Under the pieces are notes generated by a model. It was not told where the DNA came from. It worked only from the letters and a program-made list of their open reading frames with translations, and did not search any database. This document shows positions 63,691-64,000 of a stretch of 64,000 nt of DNA, piece by piece. A program made the translations under genes and the position numbers. How positions within the stretch are numbered: the stretch's first letter is position 1; every line of letters begins with the position of its first letter. Where the stretch lies: the sequence record OM728297.1; one strand, written 5' to 3'.

Positions 63691-64000
63691 TTATTCTCTA
63701 GTTAGAGAATAAATTGCTTGTATTGCTTCATTCCCAATTTGACGAGAGTTTCGTCCCATTTGGTCTAACATATTCTTCTTTTCCCATATTAGTCGTTCTG
63801 CTTCTTCATTAGCTTCTTTACTAAATACTCCACGTAGAGATACTGTATCACCATCATAATCTCCTCCTAATGCTTTTAAATAACCATTATAAGGAATTAC
63901 TGTGTCTACAAACAATTCATCTTCAGCAGGATAGTCAGGATAAACTACAGGATAATCAGGGAGATAACGATCTTCTAATTTTTGTGGCTTAGTTTCTTTT
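63691..64000 (-). CDS. rpoC: RNA polymerase beta' fragment with catalytic motif (probably virion RNAP), 5'-truncated by window edge
   Basis: LGGDYDGD (NADFDGD equivalent); frame is open to base 64000. Confidence 0.88.
   Translation of the reverse strand, partial: KETKPQKLEDRYLPDYPVVYPDYPAEDELFVDTVIPYNGYLKALGGDYDGDTVSLRGVFSKEANEEAERLIWEKKNMLDQMGRNSRQIGNEAIQAIYSLTRE

Noticed and set aside
1-64000. CRISPR array, transposase, integrase or rRNA
   Set aside because: No regularly spaced repeats or recognisable motifs were found; the many inverted repeats are unrelated in sequence and sit at gene ends.
1-64000. Phage-nucleus (chimallin) or tubulin PhuZ genes
   Set aside because: No ORF with recognisable features; the unknown ORFs could not be assigned to these families by eye.

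Overview
This is a very AT-rich 64-kb segment of a Bacillus jumbo phage in the PBS1/AR9 group (phiKZ-related, uracil-DNA phages). The assignment rests on a Ugi uracil-DNA glycosylase inhibitor that is near-identical to PBS2 Ugi, and on split multisubunit RNA polymerase genes: non-virion beta-C at 19091, non-virion beta-N at 29960, a virion-type beta-C fused to an HD domain at 9909, and a partial beta' with GDYDGD at the right edge. The window holds the head/tail core (neck, prohead protease, major capsid, terminase, sheath, tube, portal). It also holds replication/repair genes (RecA, NAD-dependent ligase, N-terminal half of a split family-B polymerase, DEDD exonuclease, SbcC, HU, PC4-like SSB) and many accessory genes (PghP, vWA, Nudix, PIN-PhoH, AAA, ART-fold, macrodomain, NADAR, HhH glycosylase). 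Two promoter classes can be read from the sequence: ATATATTAT (early-type) and AACA-N6-T(A/G) (late-type); most operons end in long hairpins. The best candidates for undescribed biology are: (1) a ~460-nt structured RNA at 62170-62628 with its own promoter and terminator and an apparent RBS-sequestering switch in front of a 26-codon ORF; (2) an HD domain fused to virion RNAP beta-C through a linker full of prohead-protease-like sites; (3) a sigma-region-4/alpha-CTD hybrid early protein; (4) a dispersed ADP-ribose writer/eraser set; (5) a sensor-like membrane protein co-transcribed with a holin. No tRNA, CRISPR array, intron or transposase was recognised. All functional calls come from motif reading and remembered family features; no database searches were run.
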